49,058 nucleotides of DNA. Source: Nitrososphaerales archaeon. Lineage in GTDB: Archaea; Thermoproteota; Nitrososphaeria; Nitrososphaerales; JANXEG01. Positions 18,525 to 27,558 of this stretch are shown here, piece after piece. The DNA lies in assembly GCA_025058425.1 (NCBI GenBank), contig JANXEG010000001.1, forward strand, positions 1 to 49,058, written 5' to 3'. A program made the translations under genes and the position numbers. The notes beneath the pieces are model-generated. The model had not been told where the DNA came from. It made no database searches and saw nothing but the letters and a program-made list of their open reading frames with translations. The stretch's first letter is position 1, and each line of letters starts with the position of its first letter.

Positions 18525-19686
18525 AAAAATGCCTCATAATAACCTCTATATCCTTATCTCCTCTACCTGAATAATTGATGACTACAATATCATCAGAGTT
18601 AAACTCTTCAGGATGGTTTAAAGTATAAGCGATAGCGTGGGCCGTCTCCAAAGCTGGTATAAGCCCTTCGCTTTTACACATGATCTTAACAGCTTCAAAG
18701 ACTTCATGATCAAAAGCATAGCAGGGCTTAACTCTCCCAATTTCACATAAATAAGAGATTTCTGGACCTCTTCCAGGATAATTCAAGCCCGCAGCCCTTG
18801 TCTTCGAAGGTTTGATCTGGCCCCATCTATCTTGAATGATATACATAATACTGCCATGAAGTACACCCGGGCTACCGAGTTGAAAGGTCGCAGCGCTATC
18901 ATCAGCTTCAAGATTCTCGCCCCCACCTTCAACGAAGTACAACCTCACATTACGCTCTTCTATAAAGGGTTTGAAAGCACCTAGTGCATTGCTACCACCA
19001 CTCCCACAACACACAATAGCATCCGGAAGCCTCTCTTCTTTCTTAAGGATTTGTTGTTTAATCTCGTTACCTATGACACTTTGAAAGGTTGCCACAATCA
19101 TTGGAAAGGGATAAGGGCCTACGGCAGAGCCCATAACATAGTGAGTTGTTCGTGAGCATCTAGCCCACTCACGAAGGGTCTCTGAAACAGCATCCTTTAA
19201 AACTCCAGCACCAGTCTTTACAGGCTTCACCTTTGCACCCAAAAGCTCCATCTTCTTAACGTTTAAAGCCTGGCGCTCGATATCTTTAATCCCCATAAAA
19301 ATTTCAGTCTTCAATCCACAAATATTCCCAGCCATGACCGTAGCCAATCCATGCTGACCTGCAGCCGTCTCCGTAATTAAACGCTTCTTCCCCATCTTTT
19401 TAGCGAGTAACGCTTGGCCTAAAGAGTTATTGAGTTTATGAGAACCTCCGCAAAGGAGATCCTCACGCTTAAGATAAACCTTAAAACCTACAAGTTTGCT
19501 GAAGTTTCGTGCATAATAAAGTGGTGTTGGCCTACCGCCATAATCTCTAAGCAGCCCATGAAACTCTTCTTGAAACTCTTTTGTTGGGTAGATATGTTTG
19601 AAAGATTCAGCAAGCTCTAGGAGTGCGCTCATCAGAATTTCGTTTACAAACATTCCTCCATACCTTCCAAACCATCTTTCCTCCAT
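18511..19686 (-). CDS. trpB: tryptophan synthase beta chain
   Basis: 391 aa with a PLP-lysine context (REDLLCGGSHKLNN) and GGGSNA-type loop (CCGSGGSNALG). Confidence 0.92.
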   Translation of the reverse strand: MEERWFGRYGGMFVNEILMSALLELAESFKHIYPTKEFQEEFHGLLRDYGGRPTPLYYARNFSKLVGFKVYLKREDLLCGGSHKLNNSLGQALLAKKMGKKRLITETAAGQHGLATVMAGNICGLKTEIFMGIKDIERQALNVKKMELLGAKVKPVKTGAGVLKDAVSETLREWARCSRTTHYVMGSAVGPYPFPMIVATFQSVIGNEIKQQILKKEERLPDAIVCCGSGGSNALGAFKPFIEERNVRLYFVEGGGENLEADDSAATFQLGSPGVLHGSIMYIIQDRWGQIKPSKTRAAGLNYPGRGPEISYLCEIGRVKPCYAFDHEVFEAVKIMCKSEGLIPALETAHAIAYTLNHPEEFNSDDIVVINYSGRGDKDIEVIMRHFYGSN

Positions 19687-19692
19687 TATTTT

Positions 19693-20379
19693 TCACCATA
19701 ACTCTGGATAGTTCGAATAACCGTTCAGCACCACTCCTTTTGCATTATTAATAAAACTCTTCACTTTTTGGTAGTCTTTAACCCCTGGTCTTAACTCCAC
19801 CCCTGTAGACACATCGACCGCATAAGGCATAACCGTTTGGATAGCTTCTCTAACATTTTCTGGTGTCAATCCTCCAGCTAGTATCAAAGGCTTTGGATAA
19901 ATAGCATCCCTTATACGCTTACTTATACTCCAATCGTGAATTTTGCCCGATCCGCCATACTTACCAAAGGCAAAAGAGTCCACAAGAATCGCATCAAAAG
20001 ACTTTGCCTCTTGTATAGCTACCTCCAGGATCGTATCCTTGGACTTCATAGATAAAGCTCGAATCAAAATAACTTCTGACAACTCTTTCTTCAATTCATG
20101 AAGATCTTCAATTTCTTCACCATGTATCTGAATGGCGTCAGGTTTAAGATATTCGTAAAACTTTAAAACCTCGCCCGATCTTTGTGGCACAGTAACGAGG
20201 ACTCTTTTTATATGTGTAGAGACGAGTTTAAAGAGACTTTTGGCCCTTTCTACACTAAGGTTTCGAGGTGAAGACGGTACTCCCACGACAAAACCGATTG
20301 CATCGGCACCCAATTCACAAACCATTCTTACATCTTCATCTTGTGTTATGCCACAAATCTTAACCTTCACGGTGCTCAT
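19693..20379 (-). CDS. trpF: phosphoribosylanthranilate isomerase
   Basis: 228 aa with N-terminus VKICGIT....V....GADAIGFV typical of TrpF. Overlaps trpC by 4 nt. Confidence 0.88.
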   Translation of the reverse strand: MSTVKVKICGITQDEDVRMVCELGADAIGFVVGVPSSPRNLSVERAKSLFKLVSTHIKRVLVTVPQRSGEVLKFYEYLKPDAIQIHGEEIEDLHELKKELSEVILIRALSMKSKDTILEVAIQEAKSFDAILVDSFAFGKYGGSGKIHDWSISKRIRDAIYPKPLILAGGLTPENVREAIQTVMPYAVDVSTGVELRPGVKDYQKVKSFINNAKGVVLNGYSNYPELW

Positions 20380-21167
20380 ATAGCCATCACGAGCTCTCTA
20401 ACCTTCTCCTTAATATTTTGGGCACTCATAATTGCTGAGCCGATTAGAAACGCTTTAGCACCGCAACTCCATAAAAAGCGAATATCTTCTGGCTTTCGAA
20501 TCCCACTCTCACTTACTATGATTTTCTTACATCCATCGATATTCGATAAAATTTCTTTAGTGATGTATAAATTCACCTTAAGTGTTCTTAAATCTCTGTT
20601 ATTTATACCTACAAGATCTGCGTCAGTTTCAAGCGCTGCCAAGAATTCTTCTTTATTATGAGTCTCAAGGAGGACCTCTAAACCCATCGATTGGGCGAGG
20701 TGGATCAGATCCTCGACCGAATAATCTAAATACCCTTTCTTAAAGACTGAATAGATGAGTAGAATTGCATCGGCACCCAATTCAGCTGCAGCTTCGATTT
20801 GAATAGGGTCAACGATGATATCCTTCATCAAAACCGGCAGATTTACGCACCTTTTCACTTCAACCAAATTTGTAATAGAGCCACCAAAGTGTTTTGGCTC
20901 GGTTAAAACGGATATTCCAATGGCTCCACCATCCTCCATATCTCGAGCAATACCTTTTAAGTCCTTTATGCCCGTTATCACCCTTAAACTACCACAAGAT
21001 GGAGATGCAGGCTTGATTTCGGTGATTATCGGTGCACGTTTACAATTGGTTATAGCTTCTTTTAAGCTAACCTTACGCTTAATAAAACCACTGACTCTAA
21101 AATTGTAATATCCGCTTTCTACAGTCTTTATAGCATCATCTACCAAAACGTCTAAGAAGTCAACCAT
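20376..21167 (-). CDS. trpC: indole-3-glycerol-phosphate synthase
   Basis: IGPS blocks are present (APIITEIKPASPSCG; ISVLTEPKHFGGS; NNRDL). The track ORF reaches 21212. The Met at 21167 (MVDFLDVLVDD) gives a typical N-terminus and an 8-nt overlap with trpD. Confidence 0.88.
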   Translation of the reverse strand: MVDFLDVLVDDAIKTVESGYYNFRVSGFIKRKVSLKEAITNCKRAPIITEIKPASPSCGSLRVITGIKDLKGIARDMEDGGAIGISVLTEPKHFGGSITNLVEVKRCVNLPVLMKDIIVDPIQIEAAAELGADAILLIYSVFKKGYLDYSVEDLIHLAQSMGLEVLLETHNKEEFLAALETDADLVGINNRDLRTLKVNLYITKEILSNIDGCKKIIVSESGIRKPEDIRFLWSCGAKAFLIGSAIMSAQNIKEKVRELVMAI

Positions 21168-22233
21168 ACTTAGATTCGAGCTCCTCAAGCTTTTCAGGGT
21201 TGCTCCCATCATAGAACTTGATTAACTCCTTCAATTTCTTATAAGCAGCTCCACTTTCAATAGATCTATTTGCTAATTCTACCCCATAAGAAAAATCGTC
21301 AGCCATTCCGCCAACGATGATACCTGCAGCAGCATTCACAACTACAAGATCTCTTTTAGGATCTCCCGCTTTCACACAGCCATAAAGTATCTTAAAAGTC
21401 GTCTCAACACTTCCTTCTGGACCTGTCTCAAGTATATTCTCTATTGTAGTCTTTTTAACACCCAAATCTTCAGGTTCGACTTCGAAGGTTTTGACTTCTC
21501 CATTCTTAAGCCAAGCTATCAAAGTCTTACCTACTGTCGATATTTCATCAAGTCCATCTAACCCATGGACGACCATCGCCTCCTTTAAACCTAAACCTTT
21601 AAGCACATGGGCGATCTTTTCTACAAGATTGATATCATATACACCTAACAGTTGGGCATCTACAAAGGCCGGGTTGGTCAATGGCCCAAGGATATTGAAG
21701 ACCGTTCTAATACCAATCTCAACTCTTGCATCGATCGTATACTTGATAGCCGGGTGAAAGATGGGTGCGAAGATAAACCCTATATTGATATTTTCAATGG
21801 CCTTTTCTACAATCTTTGGCTCTACATTAAGGTTAAGTCCCAGGCATCTTAAGACATCTGCACTCCCGCTCTTACTCGTGACTGAGCGATTCCCATGCTT
21901 CGCTACAGAAATACCAGCACCTGCAACTACAAAGGCCGCTGTTGTACTAACGTTAAATGTCTTAATCTTATCCCCTCCAGTTCCACACGTATCCACGAGC
22001 CTCCCTCTAACCTTTGGATGAATTCTACAACAGAAATCCCTCATCACCGTAGCGAAAGCTATAATCTCTTCAATAGTTTCGCCCTTCATCCTTAATGCCG
22101 TTAGGAAAGAGGCTATCTGGGCCGATGTAGCCTTGCCTGACATTATCTCCTTCATAACATTACAGGCCTCATCGTAAGATAGGTTACACCCATTTACTAA
22201 CTTCCCGATCGACTCTCGAATCATTTTATCCAC
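21160..22233 (-). CDS. trpD: anthranilate phosphoribosyltransferase
   Basis: 357 aa with VDTCGTGGD and HGNRSVTSKSGSADVL motifs. Confidence 0.92.
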   Translation of the reverse strand: MDKMIRESIGKLVNGCNLSYDEACNVMKEIMSGKATSAQIASFLTALRMKGETIEEIIAFATVMRDFCCRIHPKVRGRLVDTCGTGGDKIKTFNVSTTAAFVVAGAGISVAKHGNRSVTSKSGSADVLRCLGLNLNVEPKIVEKAIENINIGFIFAPIFHPAIKYTIDARVEIGIRTVFNILGPLTNPAFVDAQLLGVYDINLVEKIAHVLKGLGLKEAMVVHGLDGLDEISTVGKTLIAWLKNGEVKTFEVEPEDLGVKKTTIENILETGPEGSVETTFKILYGCVKAGDPKRDLVVVNAAAGIIVGGMADDFSYGVELANRSIESGAAYKKLKELIKFYDGSNPEKLEELESKYG

Positions 22234-22816
22234 ACCCGTCGAGAAAGTTCTTTAAAATATCCTTGCCTTGTTCGGTGAGTATCGATTCTGGGTGAAATTG
22301 TACACCCTCGATTGGGTATATTTTGTGGCGAACGCCCATAATTTCGCCATCATCGAGTGCTATGGCAGTCAACTTAAAGCATTCAGGAAGTGTGTTTTTA
22401 TCGACTACGAGTGAGTGATAACGTATAGCCTGAATAGGGTTCTTTATACCTTGAAATATACCTTCTCCATCATGCTTTATAAGGCTCGTTTTACCGTGCA
22501 TTACTCTTTTAGCACGTATAACTCTACCACCAAACGAATGAACGATACCTTGATGGCCTAAGCAAACCCCTAAAGTCGGGATTTTGATACTCATGTGCTG
22601 TAGAATTTGAGTACAAATACCAAAGTAACGAGGTTTCTCTGGATTGCCTGGGCCTGGAGAGATTACAATTCTATCGGGTTTAAGTTTCAAAGCTCTTTCT
22701 AGAGTTATCTGGTCATTTCGGTATACGATGGGCTTCGCTCCTAACTCTCCGAAATATTGAGCTAAATTGTAAACGAATGAATCGTAATTATCGATGATAA
22801 GGACTATCATATCCAT
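22226..22816 (-). CDS. trpG: anthranilate synthase component II (glutamine amidotransferase)
   Basis: The class-I GATase triad context is present (LGVCLGHQ; FHPES). The conserved N-terminus MDMIVLIIDNYDSFVYNL starts at 22816, while the track ORF extends 45 codons further into trpE. It overlaps the trpE 3' end by 29 nt. Confidence 0.9.
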   Translation of the reverse strand: MDMIVLIIDNYDSFVYNLAQYFGELGAKPIVYRNDQITLERALKLKPDRIVISPGPGNPEKPRYFGICTQILQHMSIKIPTLGVCLGHQGIVHSFGGRVIRAKRVMHGKTSLIKHDGEGIFQGIKNPIQAIRYHSLVVDKNTLPECFKLTAIALDDGEIMGVRHKIYPIEGVQFHPESILTEQGKDILKNFLDGCG

Positions 22817-24218
22817 TACACTCAGATGCAAATTGGAGGGCTTTGATAAGGGCTGATGCTTTATACTCTGTTTCAAGCCATTCATTCTCAGGTATCGAAT
22901 CTGCAACGATCCCAGCTCCGACTTGAATGTAAGCCTTATCGCCCTTCGCAATCAACGTTCTTATCGTTATAGCAAAGTCGGCATTACCATTATAAGAAAA
23001 ATAGCCCACAGCCCCTGCGTAGGGCCCCCTCCTCACAGGCTCACATTCTTCAATGATCTCCATAGCTCTCACCTTCGGAGCACCCGAAACGGTACCAGCG
23101 GGAAAAACAACCCTCAAAACGTCGTAGCAAGAACAACCCCGCCTGAGCCTTCCTACAACGTGGGAAACTATGTGCTGAACATGGCTGTACTTGTAGACCT
23201 TCATAAATTCTGGTACATGAACCGAACCGAACTCCGAAATTCGACCGATATCGTTCCTAGCAAGGTCTACGAGCATCACATGCTCAGCCCGCTCCTTTGG
23301 ATCTTGAATCAACTCTTGAGCCAATGCTTCGTCCTTCTTCGCATCGTTCTTAACTCGTGGCTTCGTCCCCGCTATCGGAAAAGTCTCAATAATACCATTT
23401 TCAACCCTAACGAGCATCTCAGGGCTTGAGCCCACGATCTGACAACTCCCCATCTTCAAAAAGTACATGTACGGAGATGGATTGATCGTGCGTAGCACCT
23501 TATAAAAAGGAATGAGAGATCCTTTAAAATTGAACTCATAACGCCTTGAGAGTACAACTTGAAATATATCGCCAAAATTTATATAATCTTTAACTTTGAT
23601 GACCATATTCTCAAAATCTTCCTTCTTGATATTCGTTCTTAACTCCGAATGAGAAAGAGCTTCAAAATCACGATCGCCATTAACGATACATTCGATTTCT
23701 TTCAGCCGGCTTTTATCGAGATAGTAATAGAAGACCTCTCGAGTCTTATGATCGAAGACTATACCATCGTTATAGATTGCTAGCTCTAGATCTGGAAGTT
23801 TAAGGTCATCGTTAGCGATCTTTGGTAACTTCTCCCAATATCTGATCGCATCGTAGGAGATGTATCCTACAGCACCACCTATAAACCTAATAGAATTATT
23901 TTGGGTGGTACAAATCTTCTCAACGATACTCTTCACAAGTGGCAAGGGATCACTGACGACCTTCTTCATACATTCATTTTTATTCATGTCATAAACTTCA
24001 GCCCTTTTTTCTTTCACATTAATGACAAATCGAGGGTCAAAACCTATGAAGGAATACTCTGCTAGCTTCTCAGGACCTTCTACAGATTCTAGAATATACA
24101 CATATTCAAAGTGTTCATAAAATTTTGTGAAGAGGTCTAGTGGAGATCCTTCATAATCGAGTTTGACCAATTTTATCTCCGAATCTATATGTGACGGTAT
24201 TTGTGGTCGAATATCCAT
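22788..24218 (-). CDS. trpE: anthranilate synthase component I
   Basis: 476 aa with chorismate-binding C-terminal blocks (FPAGTVSGAPKVRAMEII; RGPYAGAVGYF; GAGIVADS). Confidence 0.92.
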   Translation of the reverse strand: MDIRPQIPSHIDSEIKLVKLDYEGSPLDLFTKFYEHFEYVYILESVEGPEKLAEYSFIGFDPRFVINVKEKRAEVYDMNKNECMKKVVSDPLPLVKSIVEKICTTQNNSIRFIGGAVGYISYDAIRYWEKLPKIANDDLKLPDLELAIYNDGIVFDHKTREVFYYYLDKSRLKEIECIVNGDRDFEALSHSELRTNIKKEDFENMVIKVKDYINFGDIFQVVLSRRYEFNFKGSLIPFYKVLRTINPSPYMYFLKMGSCQIVGSSPEMLVRVENGIIETFPIAGTKPRVKNDAKKDEALAQELIQDPKERAEHVMLVDLARNDIGRISEFGSVHVPEFMKVYKYSHVQHIVSHVVGRLRRGCSCYDVLRVVFPAGTVSGAPKVRAMEIIEECEPVRRGPYAGAVGYFSYNGNADFAITIRTLIAKGDKAYIQVGAGIVADSIPENEWLETEYKASALIKALQFASECNGYDSPYHR

Positions 24219-24279
24219 TTTATAACCATCCAGCTCTATAAATTACTAATAGTATCATATTTAAACTTTAATGAACAAA

Positions 24280-24289
24280 AATGTACATT
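24280..24289. promoter_or_regulatory. 10-bp perfect palindrome AATGTACATT in the trpE/ask divergent intergenic region
   Basis: Read directly from the sequence. The core TGTACA is the same hexamer as the TRP box bound by TrpY in Methanothermobacter. There is only one copy here. Confidence 0.3.
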
Positions 24290-24492
24290 AAAGGAAAAAG
24301 ATTTGGTTCTCTTATTTAAACCTTAAAGTTTATATACTATTGATTTAGCAAAGATGTGTGTAGTGGTGGGGTTGAGAGGCGATCACCTTTATACCTTGTA
24401 GAACGATCATAATCTTCTCACTTAAGGTACTCATCGATGAGTCTTCTCAAAATACCCCACAGAATCTTGTATGAGTTTTGGAGGTGATTAAT

Positions 24493-25704
24493 ATGGGTGA
24501 TATAGTAGTTATAAAATTCGGCGGCTCCGTACTTTCAAATGAAAAGATGATCGAGCGCGCTGCCAACGCTGTAAAGGATGGTGTAGAAAAGGGGCTCCGA
24601 ATGGTGATCGTGATATCGGCATTAAAGGGTGTTACGGATAGTCTGATCAACCTGGCGAAGAAGGTGAATCCGAATACACCGAAGGATTTGATGGACGAGA
24701 TCCTCTCGATGGGTGAGAGGACGAGTGCGAGGCTCTTTGCGAATGCGCTCATCGCCAAAGGTTTAGACCCTGTCATAGTGGATCCCAGCCTGGAGAACTG
24801 GCCCATAATCACCGATGAGAACTTTACAGATGCCAACCCAGATTATAATGAGACATCGAATCTGGTGAAGGAGAAGTTGATACCTATGCTGGAAGCTGGT
24901 AAGATACCCGTGGTCTGCGGATTCTTAGGAAAGAGCAAAAGTGGTAAGATTACTACTTTAGGTAGAGGTGGTAGTGACACTACAGCGATACTCTTAGGTA
25001 GTTGCTTGGATGCGAAAGAGGTCGTACTGGTGAAGGATGTAGATACGGTCTTTTCCAGCGATCCAGATCTGGTAGAGAACCCAATCCCTATTACTCAACT
25101 CGATGCAGAAGAAGCCTATGCCCTAACTCTAGGTGGGGCGAAGTTCCTCCATCCAAAAGCTCTGGCATACAAGCGTGCCAATGTGAGATTGAGGATAGCG
25201 AGTTTGACAAATGGTAGCCTTGGAGGTACCGTGATCGATGGTGGTGCCATCGAATTGAAGATCGAACGAATGAATGAACCGATCACCATGGTTACTATAA
25301 TAGGCTCTGAAGCATCCGAACCTGAATCTATCCGCTTACTCGTAGAAGAAGTGAAGAGGGCGGGAGGGAGCTTGGTAGCGATGAGCTCTGAGCCCAAATC
25401 CATCATACTCTACGTAGCAGGTGGTGAAAATGTACCGAACCGATTGCACAATACGATGGTTACTAGAGGTCTGGGTAAGGCTTTAAGTGCCTTTGGAGAT
25501 CTGGCGATGATTACTGTAAGGGGGCCAGCGATCGAAACGGTACCAGGGATGGTACAAAGAGTTACACAGCCTTTAGCAAGAGAGGGTATAAATATCTTCG
25601 GTGTCGTAACGATCAGTTCATCGATAAAACTTTTTATTAAGAGGGAGGAATCTGATAAGGTAATGTCGATGCTCAGATCTGCATTGATGGTGGTTGGAGC
25701 ATGA
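24493..25704 (+). CDS. ask: aspartate kinase with C-terminal ACT domains
   Basis: IVVIKFGGSVL N-terminal kinase motif, GRGGSDTTA, and a tandem ACT-like C-terminus. ATG 24493 is preceded by GGAGGTGA (24480..24487). The track ORF starts at an in-frame TTG (24478) that lies within the SD. Confidence 0.9.
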   Translation: MGDIVVIKFGGSVLSNEKMIERAANAVKDGVEKGLRMVIVISALKGVTDSLINLAKKVNPNTPKDLMDEILSMGERTSARLFANALIAKGLDPVIVDPSLENWPIITDENFTDANPDYNETSNLVKEKLIPMLEAGKIPVVCGFLGKSKSGKITTLGRGGSDTTAILLGSCLDAKEVVLVKDVDTVFSSDPDLVENPIPITQLDAEEAYALTLGGAKFLHPKALAYKRANVRLRIASLTNGSLGGTVIDGGAIELKIERMNEPITMVTIIGSEASEPESIRLLVEEVKRAGGSLVAMSSEPKSIILYVAGGENVPNRLHNTMVTRGLGKALSAFGDLAMITVRGPAIETVPGMVQRVTQPLAREGINIFGVVTISSSIKLFIKREESDKVMSMLRSALMVVGA

Positions 25705-26756
25705 AGACTATAGATGTTGCAATATTAGGAGCTACGGGGATGGTCGGGCAGGATTATATACATATGCTCGCCGATCATCCTTATTTCAGAGTGAAGTGTG
25801 TAACAGGGAAGGAGTCTGTCGGTAAGCGCTACGGTGAAGCTGCCACTTGGAAGGGAGCACAAGAAATCCCTCCAAAGTACGCCGATTTAGAAGTATTGCC
25901 GACCGATCCGAAGGTGGTCGATGCGGATCTGGTCTTTTCACCCCTCCCAACAGATATCGCCAGAACTACCGAGCCTCTATTCGCAAAGGCGGGCTTTCCA
26001 TTGATAAGTGATGCGAGTGCACATAGAATGGAGAAGGATGTACCTTTGATAATACCGGAGGTGAATCCTGACCATACGGCATTGATCAAGGTTCAAAGGA
26101 AGAATAGAGGTTGGGATGGCTTTATAGTGACTACACCAAACTGTACCACAGTAGGGTTGGCCCTCGTATTAAAGCCACTTTACGATAAATACTCAATAAA
26201 TAAAGTGATCGTTACTACTATGCAGGCGGTATCGGGAGCCGGATTCCCCGGAGTACCATCTCTATTGATCATAGAGAATGTAATTCCATATATTAAGGAT
26301 GAGGAGGAGAAGGTTAGGATCGAGACATTAAAGCTCTTAGGCAAGTTCGATGGCGAGAAGATACTGGACGCGAACTTAAAGATCGCAGCATCCTGTAACC
26401 GTGTTCCTACACTCGATGGACATTTAGAAAGTGTGTACATCGAATCGTCAGATAAAATCGATGTGGATGATGCGATAGAGACTTTAAGATCCTTCCGAGG
26501 CGAGCCTCAAAGACTCAAGCTACCAACCGCACCTGTTCAACCTATAATAGTGAGAGAAGAACCCGATAGGCCTCAACCGAGGCTGGATCGAATGGCCGGT
26601 TCGGTAGCGGGTATGAGTGTAGTTGTGGGTAGGGTAAGGAGGGGTATCGATGAGCACTCTTTACAACTCACACTTCTTAGCCACAATACCATTCGAGGGG
26701 CGGCTGGGACCGCGATACTCACAGCCGAATTACTTGTAGCTCAAGGGTTAGTGTAA
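25701..26756 (+). CDS. asd: aspartate-semialdehyde dehydrogenase
   Basis: 351 aa with AILGATGMVGQ Rossmann N-terminus, TTPNCTTVG active-site Cys context and NTIRGAAG near the C-terminus. ATGA overlap with ask. Confidence 0.88.
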   Translation: MKTIDVAILGATGMVGQDYIHMLADHPYFRVKCVTGKESVGKRYGEAATWKGAQEIPPKYADLEVLPTDPKVVDADLVFSPLPTDIARTTEPLFAKAGFPLISDASAHRMEKDVPLIIPEVNPDHTALIKVQRKNRGWDGFIVTTPNCTTVGLALVLKPLYDKYSINKVIVTTMQAVSGAGFPGVPSLLIIENVIPYIKDEEEKVRIETLKLLGKFDGEKILDANLKIAASCNRVPTLDGHLESVYIESSDKIDVDDAIETLRSFRGEPQRLKLPTAPVQPIIVREEPDRPQPRLDRMAGSVAGMSVVVGRVRRGIDEHSLQLTLLSHNTIRGAAGTAILTAELLVAQGLV

Positions 26757-26760
26757 GGTT

Positions 26761-27558
26761 ATGGTATCGGGTAAAGAAGTCCGCATCAATAGGATAACAC
26801 GTAATGGCAGGATGCTTTGTATACCCATGGATCATGGGGTCAGTATAGGGCCGGTTAAGGGCCTCGATGAAATTCATAGTACCATCGAAAAGATAGAGAA
26901 GGGAGGCGCTACCGCCATACTTATCCATAAAGGTATTATTCGATCCTTAAAGAAGCCGGTAAATTGTGGTCTGATCATGCACCTCTCAGGAAGCACAGAT
27001 CTAGGACCTTCCCCAAATCGAAAGATGTGGGTATCCTCTGTAGAAGAAGCGATAAGGCTCGGTGCCGATGCCGTTTCTGTCCATGTAAATATCGGTTGTG
27101 AAGAGGAGCCGGAGATGCTGGTAAAGTTGGGTAGCGTTGCTGATGAGTGTGATGCATGGAATATTCCACTCATAGCGATGATGTACCCACGTGGAAGTTA
27201 TATCAAAGACCCTCGCAATCCCGATATCATCGCACATGTAGCGCGGGTGGGTGCCGAATTGGGTGCCGATATCGTTAAAACTCCTTATACTGGCGATCCA
27301 GAATCGTTTAAGAAGGTGGTGAAGGGCTGTCCAGTACCTGTGGTGATCGCAGGAGGTCCTAAGGCGGAGAACGATCGTGAAGTTTTAGAGATGGCGAAGG
27401 GTGCATTAGAAGCTGGTGCTATAGGTGTTACATTTGGAAGGAACGTATTTCAACATAGAGATCCTACAGCGATCGTAAGGGCTTTACATTTGATAGTCAT
27501 GGAGAATGCATCTGTTGAGAGGGCAATGAAGGAGTTAGAGAATGTCTCGAAGGTCTAA
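26761..27558 (+). CDS. aroA': 2-amino-3,7-dideoxy-D-threo-hept-6-ulosonate (ADH) synthase, class I aldolase family
   Basis: 265 aa DhnA/FbaB-type class I aldolase with Schiff-base Lys context GADIVKTPYTG. Placed directly before DHQ synthase II, as expected for the archaeal ASA/DKFP route. Confidence 0.8.
   Translation: MVSGKEVRINRITRNGRMLCIPMDHGVSIGPVKGLDEIHSTIEKIEKGGATAILIHKGIIRSLKKPVNCGLIMHLSGSTDLGPSPNRKMWVSSVEEAIRLGADAVSVHVNIGCEEEPEMLVKLGSVADECDAWNIPLIAMMYPRGSYIKDPRNPDIIAHVARVGAELGADIVKTPYTGDPESFKKVVKGCPVPVVIAGGPKAENDREVLEMAKGALEAGAIGVTFGRNVFQHRDPTAIVRALHLIVMENASVERAMKELENVSKV

Noticed and set aside
22923-23429. 168-aa + strand ORF inside trpE
   Set aside because: It is antisense to a confidently identified anthranilate synthase gene and has no recognisable domain. 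It is treated as a frame artefact. The same reasoning applies to the 167-aa minus-strand ORF at 29840..30343 inside aroE/aroK and to the 123-129-aa antisense ORFs in glnA, ask and moeA.
24354-24401. A 15-codon + strand ORF (MCVVVGLRGDHLYTL) in the trpE/ask spacer
   Set aside because: It has no SD, no enrichment for aromatic or aspartate-family codons, and no positional relationship to a downstream start. It is kept only as background. The anti-SD mimic it contains is reported separately.
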